Of a DNA stretch of 64,000 bases, positions 24,234-36,220 are shown piece after piece. Position numbers and translations under genes: made by a program. Source of the DNA: Octopus bimaculoides (lineage: Eukaryota). Every line of letters begins with the position of its first letter. The stretch's first letter is position 1. The DNA lies in assembly GCF_001194135.2 (NCBI RefSeq), contig NC_069004.1, positions 23,477,146-23,541,145 on the forward strand, read 5' to 3'. The notes below the pieces were generated by a model. It was not told where the DNA came from. It worked only from the letters and a program-made list of their open reading frames with translations, and did no database searches.

Positions 24234-25227
24234 NNNNNNNNNNGGTTTATTACCCATTATCAATATTGAATATTATATTTAATATTCAACAATATATATA
24301 TATTTATATTGGCGTTAGGAAGGGCATCCAGCTGTAGAAACTCTGCCAAATCAGACTGGAGCCTGGTGTTGCCATCCGGTTTCACCAGTCCTCAGTCAAA
24401 TCGTCCAACCCATGCTAGCATGGAAAGCGGATGTTAAACGATGATGATGATGATGATGATGATGTATATGCATGTGTGTCTTTGTGTTTGTTTGTCCATC
24501 ATTATCGCTTGACAACTGGTGTTGGTCTGTTTATATCCCTGTAAATTTGTGGTACAGGAAAAGAGAATGACAGGATAAATACCAGCTTTGAAAAGAAAAT
24601 AAGTACTGGTGTTGATTTGTTCAACTGAACCCTTCAAGGTGGTGCCCCGGGATCATCTAATTGAAGTGATGTTGGCATTAGTTGGCATTAGTTGCCTCTT
24701 CATAGAATTCAAGTGTTGAGAAGTGTTTATCCATGAAAAATGTTCCTTTTTTTAAACACCTTAGATTTTGCTTCAATCACAAGAGAAGTGTGTGCATAGT
24801 TTGTTATGATATTCAAGCTTGTGGGGTTCATAAGGGGAAATAAATCATAGGAATATAAGAATTAAGATAGGGAATAAATAAGTTGGTGCAAAATAGCATC
24901 ACCACATTTGGGCAGATAAGAAAATGTGGTGGTTACTTCTAGACAAGAAAAGGTTAAAAGGAGGATAAAACCATAGCATCCACTTTCTTTTTAGTCATCA
25001 ACGGGGCCTCCTCATTGTTGTAGGCTTGCTAGAAATAGCAGCCAAGTATCCCTTAAATAATCTCCAACCTGTGCCTTAAGCAAGTAAGCACACATTACAT
25101 AATGCAGCTTAGATACATATATAAAGGTGGGATATCCTGGCTAGAATTCTTTTGATCATAAGTCTACTAAATCAAGTTTTACCTAACGCTAAACAACAGT
25201 TTTCTCTTTAGTAATTTTTATTATCTC

Positions 25228-25587
25228 TTTTATCTTTTACTTGTTTCATTCATTGGATTGCAGCCATGGCAAAGTAGTGCCATGAAGGGTTTAGTTGAAC
25301 AAATTGCCCCCACCAGTACTTTTTTTTGTAAAGCTGGTACTTCTGTCATTGTCTTTTGCTCAACCACTATGTCACAGGGGTGTAAACAAACCAACACTGG
25401 TTGTCAGATACTGGAGGGGTACAAAAAGAAGCCCAAAGTCACACACACACACACACATATGAAAGGCTTCCACACAGTTTCCATTTACCAAAGTCATTCA
25501 CTAGACATTAGTTAGCCTGAAGTTATAGTAGCAGACATTTGCCTGCATGATAGCTAAGCAAGCTTCTTAACCACACAGCCATGCTTC
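25228..25587 (-). mobile_element. SINE family A copy
   Basis: Reverse-complement tail, (CA)n, then a degenerate head. Confidence 0.7.
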
Positions 25588-25629
25588 TACCAAATTCTTA
25601 TTGATTTATGTTTACCAATTCTTCCCCAG

Positions 25630-25753
25630 GTGTCACACTCACAAAAGGAGTACATTTGATTTACAGTGTTGATGGAATATATCTGGAAATGGTAGCTGAG
25701 TACTGCCACAGAAATGTACATGGAAAGGGAAGTCTTCAGAAACAGAATATTTG
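25630..25753 (+). CDS. Candidate 124-nt coding exon (VTLTKGVHLIYSVDGIYLEMVAEYCHRNVHGKGSLQKQNI)
   Basis: Strong acceptor ttaccaattcttccccAG| and donor TTG|GTGAGT. Exactly one frame is open end to end, in non-repetitive sequence. Product not recognised. Confidence 0.45.
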
Positions 25754-25854
25754 GTGAGTACAGTAATTATAGTTTATGGATTTCTTCTATTCTATTGTTT
25801 CTGTGTACAGTTTAACATGTAAAATTCTGGGGAAACCCCAGTCAGTTTCTACTA

Positions 25855-26712
25855 TCTTATATTCCAGATGTAATGATTAGACTTAGTCATATACTCTGGA
25901 TGTAATTTAGTGGTAGACAACAATCCACCATATTATACTTCAGATATAATTTAATGGTACACATCAGTCCATATAGTTGTAATATTCCAGATGTAATTTA
26001 GTGGTAGCCAACAATCTACAGTTTTATACACCAGATGTAATGTAATGGTAAATGCCAGTCTACAGTTTTGTACTCCAGATGTAATTTAGTGATAGACTTA
26101 GCCTTATACTCCAGTTGTAATTTAGTGGTAGACAATAATCTGTAGTCTTATACTCCAAATGTAATGTAATAGTAGATACCAGTCCACAATCTTATCCTCC
26201 AGATGTAATTTATGAGTAGACAGCAGTCTTATACTCCAGATGTAATGTAATGATAGACATAGTCTTCAACACCTGACATAATGTAATAGACACCAGTCCA
26301 AAGTCTTATAATCCAGATGTAGTTTAGTGGTAGATAACAGTCTGCAGTCTCATACTCCAAATGCAATTTAGTGATAGACACCAGTCTATAGTCTTATGCA
26401 CCAGATGTAATTTAGTGGTATCCAACAGATCACAATCTTATACTCTAGATGTAATTTAGTGGTAGACGTTAGTTTACAGTATTATATACTGCAGATGTAA
26501 TTTAGTGGTAGATAGCAGTTCATAGTCTTGCACTCCAGATGTGATGTAATGTAATGGTAGAGATAGTCTTATATTCCAGATGTAATTTAGTGGTAGGTGT
26601 CACTCTACAATCTTATACTCCAGATGTAATGTAATGGAAAGCTACCCAATAGTCCAATGTTATTTACTCCATATGTAATTCAATGAGAGATGACAGTCCA
26701 CAGTCATATTCC
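25855..26712. repeat. Minisatellite, ~20 copies, mostly 44-45 bp
   Basis: Recurrent core atactccagatgtaat(t/g)ta(g/a)tggtagac with variable-length linkers. Confidence 0.9.
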
Positions 26713-27569
26713 AGGCTTTCAACAATATATCTGCTATAAGTGTGATATACCAATTGCTGTTTGGAACTAATACTCTTCTCTATTACTGATAACAAATTTT
26801 TAATCAGCCTGCCTGCTAATTAAGATAGTAATTTTTTTCAGTCACTGTTGTACTATATCAGTAATGGCAGATGTTGTCTTAGCATATGGTTGTCATTGAA
26901 GATTGATGAAGCCCAAAGACACAGAAATGCACATTTAACAATGTCATCACTGCTGTTGGATGATTTTCATCTGCTACTGATATATTTTTGTGTTTTTTTT
27001 AACACTATAAGTCTATAAAAAATGCTATCTTGCAATGAACACCACAGTTTATCAGGCTTTCAACAATGTATCTGCTTTAAGTATGATACATGGGATCTTT
27101 TGAATACTGCTTTTGTCACTCATAAATAATACACACACACACACGCACGCACGCACGCACGCGCACGCACACACACGTACGTTTCCTTGTCAAAAATAAA
27201 TGACATTCTGAAAGAAATAAACTGAAACCAGCATTTAGTAAATGAATCGACCTAACATACATCCCATACATTTGACGTGGCCTAGTTTAACAATATAAAT
27301 CTATATCTATCTGTCTGTCTGTCTGTTTGTCTATACATATTTATATGTGTATACATAGGTGCAGGCAAGGCTGTATAGTTAAAGAGGTTTGCTTCCCAAC
27401 CATGTGGTTTTGGGTTCAGACTCACTGTGTGGCACCTTCGGCAAAGTGTGTGCTGATATAGCCCTGGGCTGACAAAACCTTGTGAATAGATTTAGTAAAC
27501 AGAAACTGAAATATTTGTTTGTGTGTGTGTGTGCGTGTGTGTGCATGTATATATATATATATACATATG

Positions 27570-27617
<48 letters not shown>

Positions 27618-27823
27618 TGTAAAGAAGGTCAGGAGGTGTGAGATGAATATATTTCAATTGGTGAAATAAATATATTCATCTCATTCCTCTTAACTTTCTT
27701 TATATTCTATATACTCGTCGTCATCATCGTTTCACCTAAGGAAATAATTATTTCTGATTGAATTTGCTGGATTTCAACTGCATAGAACTCCACATTACAC
27801 CCCGACATATTAATTTACTATGT

Positions 27824-28056
27824 TATTTCTTTATTGCCCACAAGGGGCTAAACATAGAAGGGACAAACAAGGACAGACAAAGGGATTAAGTCGATTACAT
27901 CGACCCAAGTGAGTAACTGGTACTTAATTTATCAACCCCGAAAGGATGAAAGGCAAAGTTGACCTCGGCAGAATTTGAACTCAGAACATAACGGCAGACG
28001 AAATACCGCTAAGCATTTCGCCCGGCGTACTAACGTTTCTGTCAGCTCACCACCTT
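27824..28056 (-). mobile_element. SINE family B, alternative-tail subfamily, with TSD
   Basis: Tail cttaatccctttgtctgtccttgtttgtccc..gcccttgtgggcaataaagaaata. ttactatgt at 27815-27823 and 28055-28063. Confidence 0.85.
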
Positions 28057-28351
28057 ACTATGTGGTTTGTAATCTGATCCTCTAAAGGAGCCTTTTTGTG
28101 GTTACCATTGGATTATATACATCCATATATTGTGCATTAAATATATTCATATACCGTCATCATCTTCTTCAATGTAAAACTGCCTGTGTGGTGCCACGTA
28201 AAAGTACCCAGCACACTCTGCAAAGTGGTTGGCATTAGGAAGGGTTGTAGAAATCATGCCAAATCAGACTAGAGTCTAGTGCAGCTTGTGAACTCTGGTC
28301 AACCCATCCAACCCATGCCAGCATGGAAAGCATGTTAAAGGATGATGATGT

Positions 28352-28424
28352 GTTGCTACAAAGGTAAAGGGGACGCTTTAGATACAAATAATTACAGAGG
28401 CATCAAGCTGTTAGATCAGGTTAT
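28352..28424 (+). mobile_element. RTE-clade LINE reverse transcriptase fragment (cut by gap)
   Basis: CYKGKGDALDTNNYRGIKLLDQV matches the RTE motif KGKGD...NYRGI.LL. Confidence 0.8.
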
Positions 28425-29120
28425 NNNNNNNNNNTATATAGATGCATATCCGGGTACAGGACGTCAAAAAACGTGGACAAAAAAGGAACGGGAGCATAAA
28501 CAAAGCAGAAAAAATGGACTTTTTTTATGGACAACGCAATGAACAAATAGGAAAACAGACAAGCCACATAAGTAACTTTTCCTTCATCAGCTGCCTCTAT
28601 TCTAAAACTAGGCGTTTTGAAGATGATACACTTGTTTCGTCCTAGCTGTAGCCAATCAACCAAGTATGGTCTTTGCCTGGAAAGGTTTTAGGCAACCTTA
28701 CTAACCCTAGTAATAATTATCAATCTGTTTGTTGAACTACACACACACACACACACACACGTGCACGGAGGCTTCAGCATAATTTCCACTCACTAGTTTT
28801 ACGCACAAGGTAGTGTTTAGTTTGAAAGCATAGAAAATACTGAATCTGGAATCGAACCTGAAACCATGTGGTTGTGAAATGAATTTCTTAGGCACACAGC
28901 CATGCCTTGCACCTATGTAAATAGATTTAAGATAATATTATGCTATCGTTCTTTGAGAGATGGGCTAAAACTAACGGCTGGAACCCCCTCCATTCTCTCA
29001 AAGAAAACAGAAACAAATAGAATAAAACANNNNNNNNNNNNNNNNAAAACAACCCCCCCCCCTCCTCAAAAGCAAGTAAAACAACACAAAACTAGAATAC
29101 AAAATGAAATGATGAAAGAT

Positions 29121-29171
<51 letters not shown>

Positions 29172-29958
29172 TACACACGCACATTCTTCTGTCTATCTAT
29201 CTATAGATACATAGATAGAAACAAATATGCATATGTATGTGTGTGTATGTATTTATATATGCATACACACATATATATGTATGTATATCTGTGTGTGTTC
29301 GGATATGTGCGGATATATATACAAACACACGCAAACATGTATGTATGTGTGTGTGTGTGTGTGTGCATGTATGTATAATGGTGAAAGAAACAATAAAATC
29401 ACTTTCTAACTTGGGGGGAAAAATCTATTTGAAAATTAGTAACATGAATAGACCAAAAATAATTTAGAGGTAAAAAAAATGCCAAAACAAAAACACCAAA
29501 ACAATGTCTTGAAGATATTGGGTCGGTTCTTAATGTCTTTCGTAAATTCCACTACCATGTACTTATGTGTGTATATACATATATATATATGTATATGTAT
29601 ATATATGTGTGTGTGTGTGGTGTATATTGTTACCTACAGACTATGTGTGAATACATGTATATATATATGTAAATGTGTATATATATGTACATATACATAT
29701 ATATGTACATATACATATATATGTATTATGCACTAACATGCAAACACATACATGCATATATGTGTATACATATATATACATATATATATATATTGTATAT
29801 ATGTATGCATGCTTGTATGTCTGGTTGCATCTGTAAGGTTATACGTGTGTATATTCATGTATATTGGTGTATGTATGTATATGTATGAATGTTTGCATGT
29901 GTGTGTATATTTGTGCATATATATATGTGTAAATATAAGTTTACATAAACTCAATGTG

Positions 29959-29996
<38 letters not shown>

Positions 29997-30206
29997 ATGT
30001 GGGGAGGTTGTAAACTCTTGAAGAAATCTAATACAATATAAATTTATAGATTTATGGTGTCATGTAAGCATGTGGATGCGTTCGTACTTACTGATATTCG
30101 GTGTGTGTGTGTGTGTGTGTATGCATGCGTACATGTAGGTGTGGTTTGGGTGCATTTAGACTTGCAGATTGGTTTACACACACCAACTGACATATGCTTA
30201 CTTTCA

Positions 30207-30246
<40 letters not shown>

Positions 30247-30404
30247 CGTCTGTCTGTCTGTCAGTCTGTGTGGTGGGATTGGGTGCATACGTACTTGCAA
30301 ATTTGTTGAGAGATATACATATAGGTACACATCTTTTTGCATGTGTATGTATGTGTGTGAATCTGTGTGTGTGTATATATATATGCATATATATACACAT
30401 ATGC

Positions 30405-30444
<40 letters not shown>

Positions 30445-30766
30445 ACACCTACATACACTGAAGTTTCATATTCTCTGGCACCTGCTGCACGCATTTTTAG
30501 AATACATATTCTTTTGCATATACAAGTATGTATACATTCAACTACGCACAAAAAAAAAAATATATATATATATACACCTTACACTAATAGTTTGTTATAT
30601 ATACATAGATTGGAGGCAATTAGGATTTTCTTTTATTTTTCTTTATTTCATCACTTTTCTTATTCTGTCTGCTGCTTGTCTGTCTCTGTGTCTCTCTGTG
30701 CATGTATGTATGTATTTATACATGCATACATACAACTATGTATAAATATATATATATATATATATA

Positions 30767-31222
30767 CAAGAATAAGGGCAGAGAATCGTCAATTAATAAT
30801 AAAATTAATAATTAACAATTTTGCCAAGTAGTTCAGTATGAAAAAAACCTTTATCGGTAAAACTATTTATCATCATAAATATACAGGGATTAGCAATTGA
30901 GTTGCTTCTCCAACATACTGAAAATTTAGAAATAGCAGTCAAAGAATTACTGATTCCAAACTACAAATTTTTCTCTAAAGCGGATGGCGATATTTATGGC
31001 ACACATAGAACTTTAGAGAAAAATTTGTAGTTTGGAATCAGTAATTCTTTGACTGCTATTTCTAAATTTTCAGTATGTTGGAGAAGCAACTCAATTGCTA
31101 ATCCCTGTATATTTATGATGATAAATAGTTTTACCGATAAAGGTTTTTTTCATACTGAACTACTTGGCAAAATTGTTAATTATTAATTTTATTATTAATT
31201 GACGATTCTCTGCCCTTATTCT

Positions 31223-31224
<2 letters not shown>
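30767..31224. repeat. Perfect inverted repeat: 214-bp arms, 30-bp spacer, (TA)n on both sides
   Basis: 30767-30980 is the exact reverse complement of 31011-31224 (checked 10-mer by 10-mer, no mismatch). Confidence 0.97.
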
Positions 31225-31286
<62 letters not shown>

Positions 31287-31999
31287 CACACACACACACA
31301 CACATACATACACACACACAACAGGCTTCTTGCAGTTTTCATCTAGCAATCCACTCACAAAGCTTATGTATATCAATGCGTGTGTGTGTGTGTATCTTTC
31401 TATCTATGTTTGTTTCCCCCAACCTACCTCTTGACAACCAGTGTTGGTGTGTTTATGTCCCTATAACTTAGTGGTTCAGCAACAGAGCTTGATAAAATGA
31501 GTACCAGGCTTTAAAAAATAAGAACTGGGGTTGATTCATTTGACTAAAATTCTTCAAGGTGGTGCTCCAGCATGGCCACAGTCTAATGAATGGAACAACT
31601 AAAGAATGGAAGATATATATGTGAGTGAGTGAGTGTGTGCGTGTGTGTAGGAATAGTTGTGAGGTTGAGAAGCTGATTGTGTGACCATGAAGTTTTAGGT
31701 TCAATTCTATTGCATGACATCAAGTTTCTTTTGGTGTAGCTCCATGCCAGCTAATGCCTTATGAGAGATTTTGGTAGATGGAAAGTGTATGCAACCAGTC
31801 ATGTATATGCNNNNNNNNNNNNNNNNNNNNNNNNNNNNNNNNNNNNNNNNNNNNNNNNNNNNNNNNNNNNNNNNNNNNNNNNNNNNNNNNNNNNNNNNNN
31901 NNNNNNNNNNNNNNNNNNNNNNNNNNNNNNNNNCTCTTGTACTCTCCTGTCTTTGAAAAGAACTTTTTCTCCACCCTTTCCCTTCCAGTCATTTCAATT

Positions 32000-32308
<309 letters not shown>

Positions 32309-33034
32309 TATATATAGACCGCGGGTTGGCGAGGGGACGAAAAGGAAACGTGTGGAAATGGAGACGGCACGTAAAAAGCACCCATTATACTCTTGGAGTG
32401 GTTGGTGTTAGGAAGGGCATCCAGCTGTAGAAACTCTGCCAAATCAGACTAGAACCATGCCATATCAGCCCTCCAGCTTACCAGTTCAAGTTAAACCATC
32501 TAACCCATGCAAGCATGGAAAGCAGATGCTAAATGATGAGGATGATGATGATGATATATATACCTGTGAACTTCTTATCTCTTTCATCCTTGCTGTTCAA
32601 AGTTGTCCTTCATTCCTTAAGGGATTTTTGTTTTGTTCAGTGGTTTTGTTGTTTATATCATTATACCATACTGTGATATTTCGTGATTGTCCTTCATAGG
32701 GATTCTAATTCTGGCTTGGAGAATGCTTATTTAAGGGTTTCTGTTTGAGGGAAGTTTTGTTGCACATATTGATTTATATGATTTTCAAGTGTTGCTACAA
32801 TCATTCTTTTAGGGGTTTTTATTTTGATGTAAACATAATACAATTACTTAGCTTATGCAATACATCATACAACCTCCAAGCTCATCAGGCAATTTTTGAA
32901 AACAGATGGACAATGACTTGTTGAGTAATCTGTTGGTTTTCAGCAAGTGAAATTACAAATCAGAATACTGATGTATAAGATCCCCAAAGATATTCCTTGG
33001 TTCTTTATGAATTCATTGTAATTGACAATATATC

Positions 33035-33252
33035 TCTTTTACTCTTACTTGTTTCAGTCATTTGACTGTGGCCATTCTGGAGCACCGCCTTTAGTCGAAT
33101 CAAATCGACCCCAGGACTTATTCTTTGTAAGCCTAGTACTTATTCTACCGGTCTCTTTTGCCGAACCGCTAAGTTATGGGGACGTCAACACACCAGCATC
33201 GGTTGTCAAGCGATGTTGGGGAGACAAACACAGACACACAAACATATACACA

Positions 33253-33284
<32 letters not shown>

Positions 33285-33578
33285 TNNNNNNNNNNNNNNN
33301 NNNNNNNNNNNNNNNNNNNNNNNNNNNNNNNNNNNNNNNNNNNNNNNNNNNNNNNNNNNNNNNNNNNNNNNNNNNNNNNNNNNNNNNNNNNNATATATAT
33401 ATATATATATACGACGGGCTTCTTTCAGTTTCCGTCTACCAAATCCACTCACAAAGTTTTGGTCGACCCAAGGCTATAGTAGAAGACACTTGCCCAAGGT
33501 GTCACGCAGTGGGACTGAACCCGGAACCATGTGGTTCGTAAGCAAGCTACTTACCACACAGCCACTCCTACACCTATA
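33035..33578 (-). mobile_element. SINE family A, full length, with an N gap in its internal microsatellite
   Basis: Tail 33035-33240, (CA)n-gap-(TA)n, head 33412-33578. Low divergence from 1305-1730. Confidence 0.85.
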
Positions 33579-34429
33579 TGTTAATTTCTAGTATGTTGTC
33601 TTAACATGTAGTTGCCATTGGAGACTGACGAAGGTGTGTTTGAGAAGACCCATCAAGCTATGTCTCCACTGCTGCTGGTTGATTTTCATCTGCCATGAAT
33701 TTCGAGAATTTTGTGGCTATCACAGAAAGCTCCTCAAATAGACACAACTATCAGACTACAAAGAAGTGTAATGCAGAGTGTCAATGCAGCTGAAATCTAG
33801 ATCATCCACTCAATGATATTACTTGAATCATTGATGTGACCATTACGTCCTGGTGATCTGATGAACTAGCTTTTTCTATTTGCTTTGATTCCTGAATATA
33901 CAATTGTATAATGTATAGCATGCATATTAATGAAAACATAAACATAATTTTATTCCACTGGAATTATTAATACCTGAAGAAGGCTGTGAAATGGTTATAA
34001 TAGCTGTCATATCCCTCATACCTCCTGACATTTTATATCTTTCACCACAGGGCTGCTCAATCAAGGCTGACCTAGGGTTTAAACATTACTTTCACTAACA
34101 ACATACATACCTTTATACATAGAGGCACAGGCATGGTTGTGTGGTAAGAAGCTTGCTTCCCAACCACATGGTTCCAGGTTCAGTCCCATTGCATGGTACC
34201 TTGGGCAAGTGTCTTTTACTATAGCCTTAGTCTGACCAAAGCCTTGTGAGTGGATTTGGTAGACGGAAACTGAAAGAAGCCTGTTGCATATATGTGTGTG
34301 TATTTGCATATGTGTTTGTCCCTTACCACTGCTTGACAACCGGTGTTAGTGTGTTTATGTACCTGTGACTTAGCTGGTACACACATACTTACATACATGA
34401 TGGCTTTGACTCAGTTTCTACTAATGCTG

Positions 34430-34605
34430 TTGCTTGATTGTTCTCTTAAACACGAGCAGCATAGATGTGACTTTTCAGTCCAGCTAGGGACTAACACGCT
34501 TTTGTACTGATGTGGCGATGATGGGCACCTCTTGCAGTAGGTGTTTAGACAGCTTACCATCCACATTGACACATGCCTTCTTTCCATCATGGAAGTTTCC
34601 ATTGA
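34430..34605 (-). mobile_element. Decayed RTE-type LINE fragment
   Basis: GNFHDGKKACVNVDGKLSK (RT-region motif FHDG...V...G..S) followed by LAGLKSHI (C-terminal zinc-finger-like end). Confidence 0.5.
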
Positions 34606-35590
34606 GTGGTTTTCCTTTTTCAGCTATACTCAGCCACAGTATGCAGTACACAGTAGCAATGTTAGATGCTCCTGCCTGAAGCTTTTTAAAGTGAGAAAAG
34701 GCTGTTCACAGGACCAATCCTACTCTCTAAACAGTATAAGCTTTTACCATACATACATACATGCATACTTACATACATATTTAAATAATTACATACATTT
34801 GAAGTGTATAAGTATGCCATTAAGACACCTAAATATAATACCAGACCCAGTTATGCTTCAGTCACACAAACCATAAAAACCACAATAGCTATTCCCAGTT
34901 ATATATCAAACCTTACTAACCACACCCACTTAAGCATTAGCTACATTAGCTACACCCACTTATGGAACTATCTTCGAAGTCACACTCAATTATGCATTAA
35001 CAATGTTAATCACAACCAAAGGGACATCAGCTTCATTTATGTTCACTTAAGCATCAACCATACCGACCACATTTGCTTATACATGAACAGCGTTAGCTAC
35101 ACCCACTTAAGCATACTAGCCACACCTACATAAGCATCAACTATACTAATTACATTCATTTATGCATGAACCATACTATCTTCAATAACTTACACATCAA
35201 TCATATTATCTACACCTACATCAGTATACTAACCACACCTTTGCAATGTCAATCACACATAAAACCACACCTACTTAAATATCAATCTCATGGGCCATAT
35301 CTACTCATCTGTCAGCTTCATTTGCCACACCCCTTTAAGCTTCAAGTATACTAAGCAATTCCACTTTGCCATTGATCATACTATACTCACACTTAATTCT
35401 TTAACATCTAAACTGGTCGTATCTGGTCCAAATATTCTCCTTGTTTTATATTAAAACCAACCAGATTCAACCTCTCACACCTAACCTACAATGCTATTCT
35501 GAAAATAAACAATTGCATCATTGGAATATTGAAGATATGAGATAATGCATGGTTAATTAAAAACAATGTGAATAGAAAAGCTATACGTTT

Positions 35591-36220
35591 ATAGGCGTAG
35601 GCGTGACTATGTGGTAAGAAGCTTGCTTCTCAACCATATGGTTCTGGGTTCAGTCCCACTGTGTGGCATCTTGGGCAAGTGGCTTCTGCTATATCCCTGG
35701 GCTGACCAAAGCCTTGTGAGTAGATTTAGAAGACAGAAACTGAAAAGCGGTGAGCTGGCAGAAACGTTACCCCGCCGGGCAAAATGCTTAGCAGTATTTC
35801 GTTTGCCATTACGTTCTGAGTTCAAATTCCGCTGAGGTCGACTTTGCCTTTCATTCTTTCGGGGTCGATAAATTAAGTACCAGTTACGCACTGGGGTCAA
35901 TGTAATCGACTTAATCCCTTTGTCTGTCCTTGTTTGTCCCCTCTATGTTTAGCCCCTTGTGGGCAATACAGAAATAAGAAACTGAAAGAAGCTCATTGTA
36001 TGTATGTGTGTGTGTGTGTATATATGTGTATATATATAAAATGTGTGTGTGCGTGTGTGACTTGCACTTGACAACAGGTGTATTTTCATCCTTGTAACCT
36101 AGTGGTTCAGCAAAAGAGACTAATAGAATAAGTACCAGGGTTGATCTGTTTGACTCACACCCTTCAAGATGGTGCCCCAGCATGGCCGCAGTCCAAATGA
36201 CTGAAACAAGTAAAAAATAA
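35591..36220 (+). mobile_element. SINE family A copy containing a family B insertion
   Basis: Head 35591-35745, B insert 35746-35976, then rest of head, microsatellite and tail to gactgaaacaagtaaaa. Confidence 0.8.
35746..35976 (+). mobile_element. SINE family B (alternative tail) inserted into SINE A, 11-bp TSD
   Basis: agaaactgaaa at 35735-35745 and 35977-35987. Confidence 0.88.

Noticed and set aside
25855-26712. CRISPR-like repeat-spacer appearance
   Set aside because: The 'spacers' are homologous to each other and variable in length, the context is eukaryotic, and there are no cas genes. It is a minisatellite.
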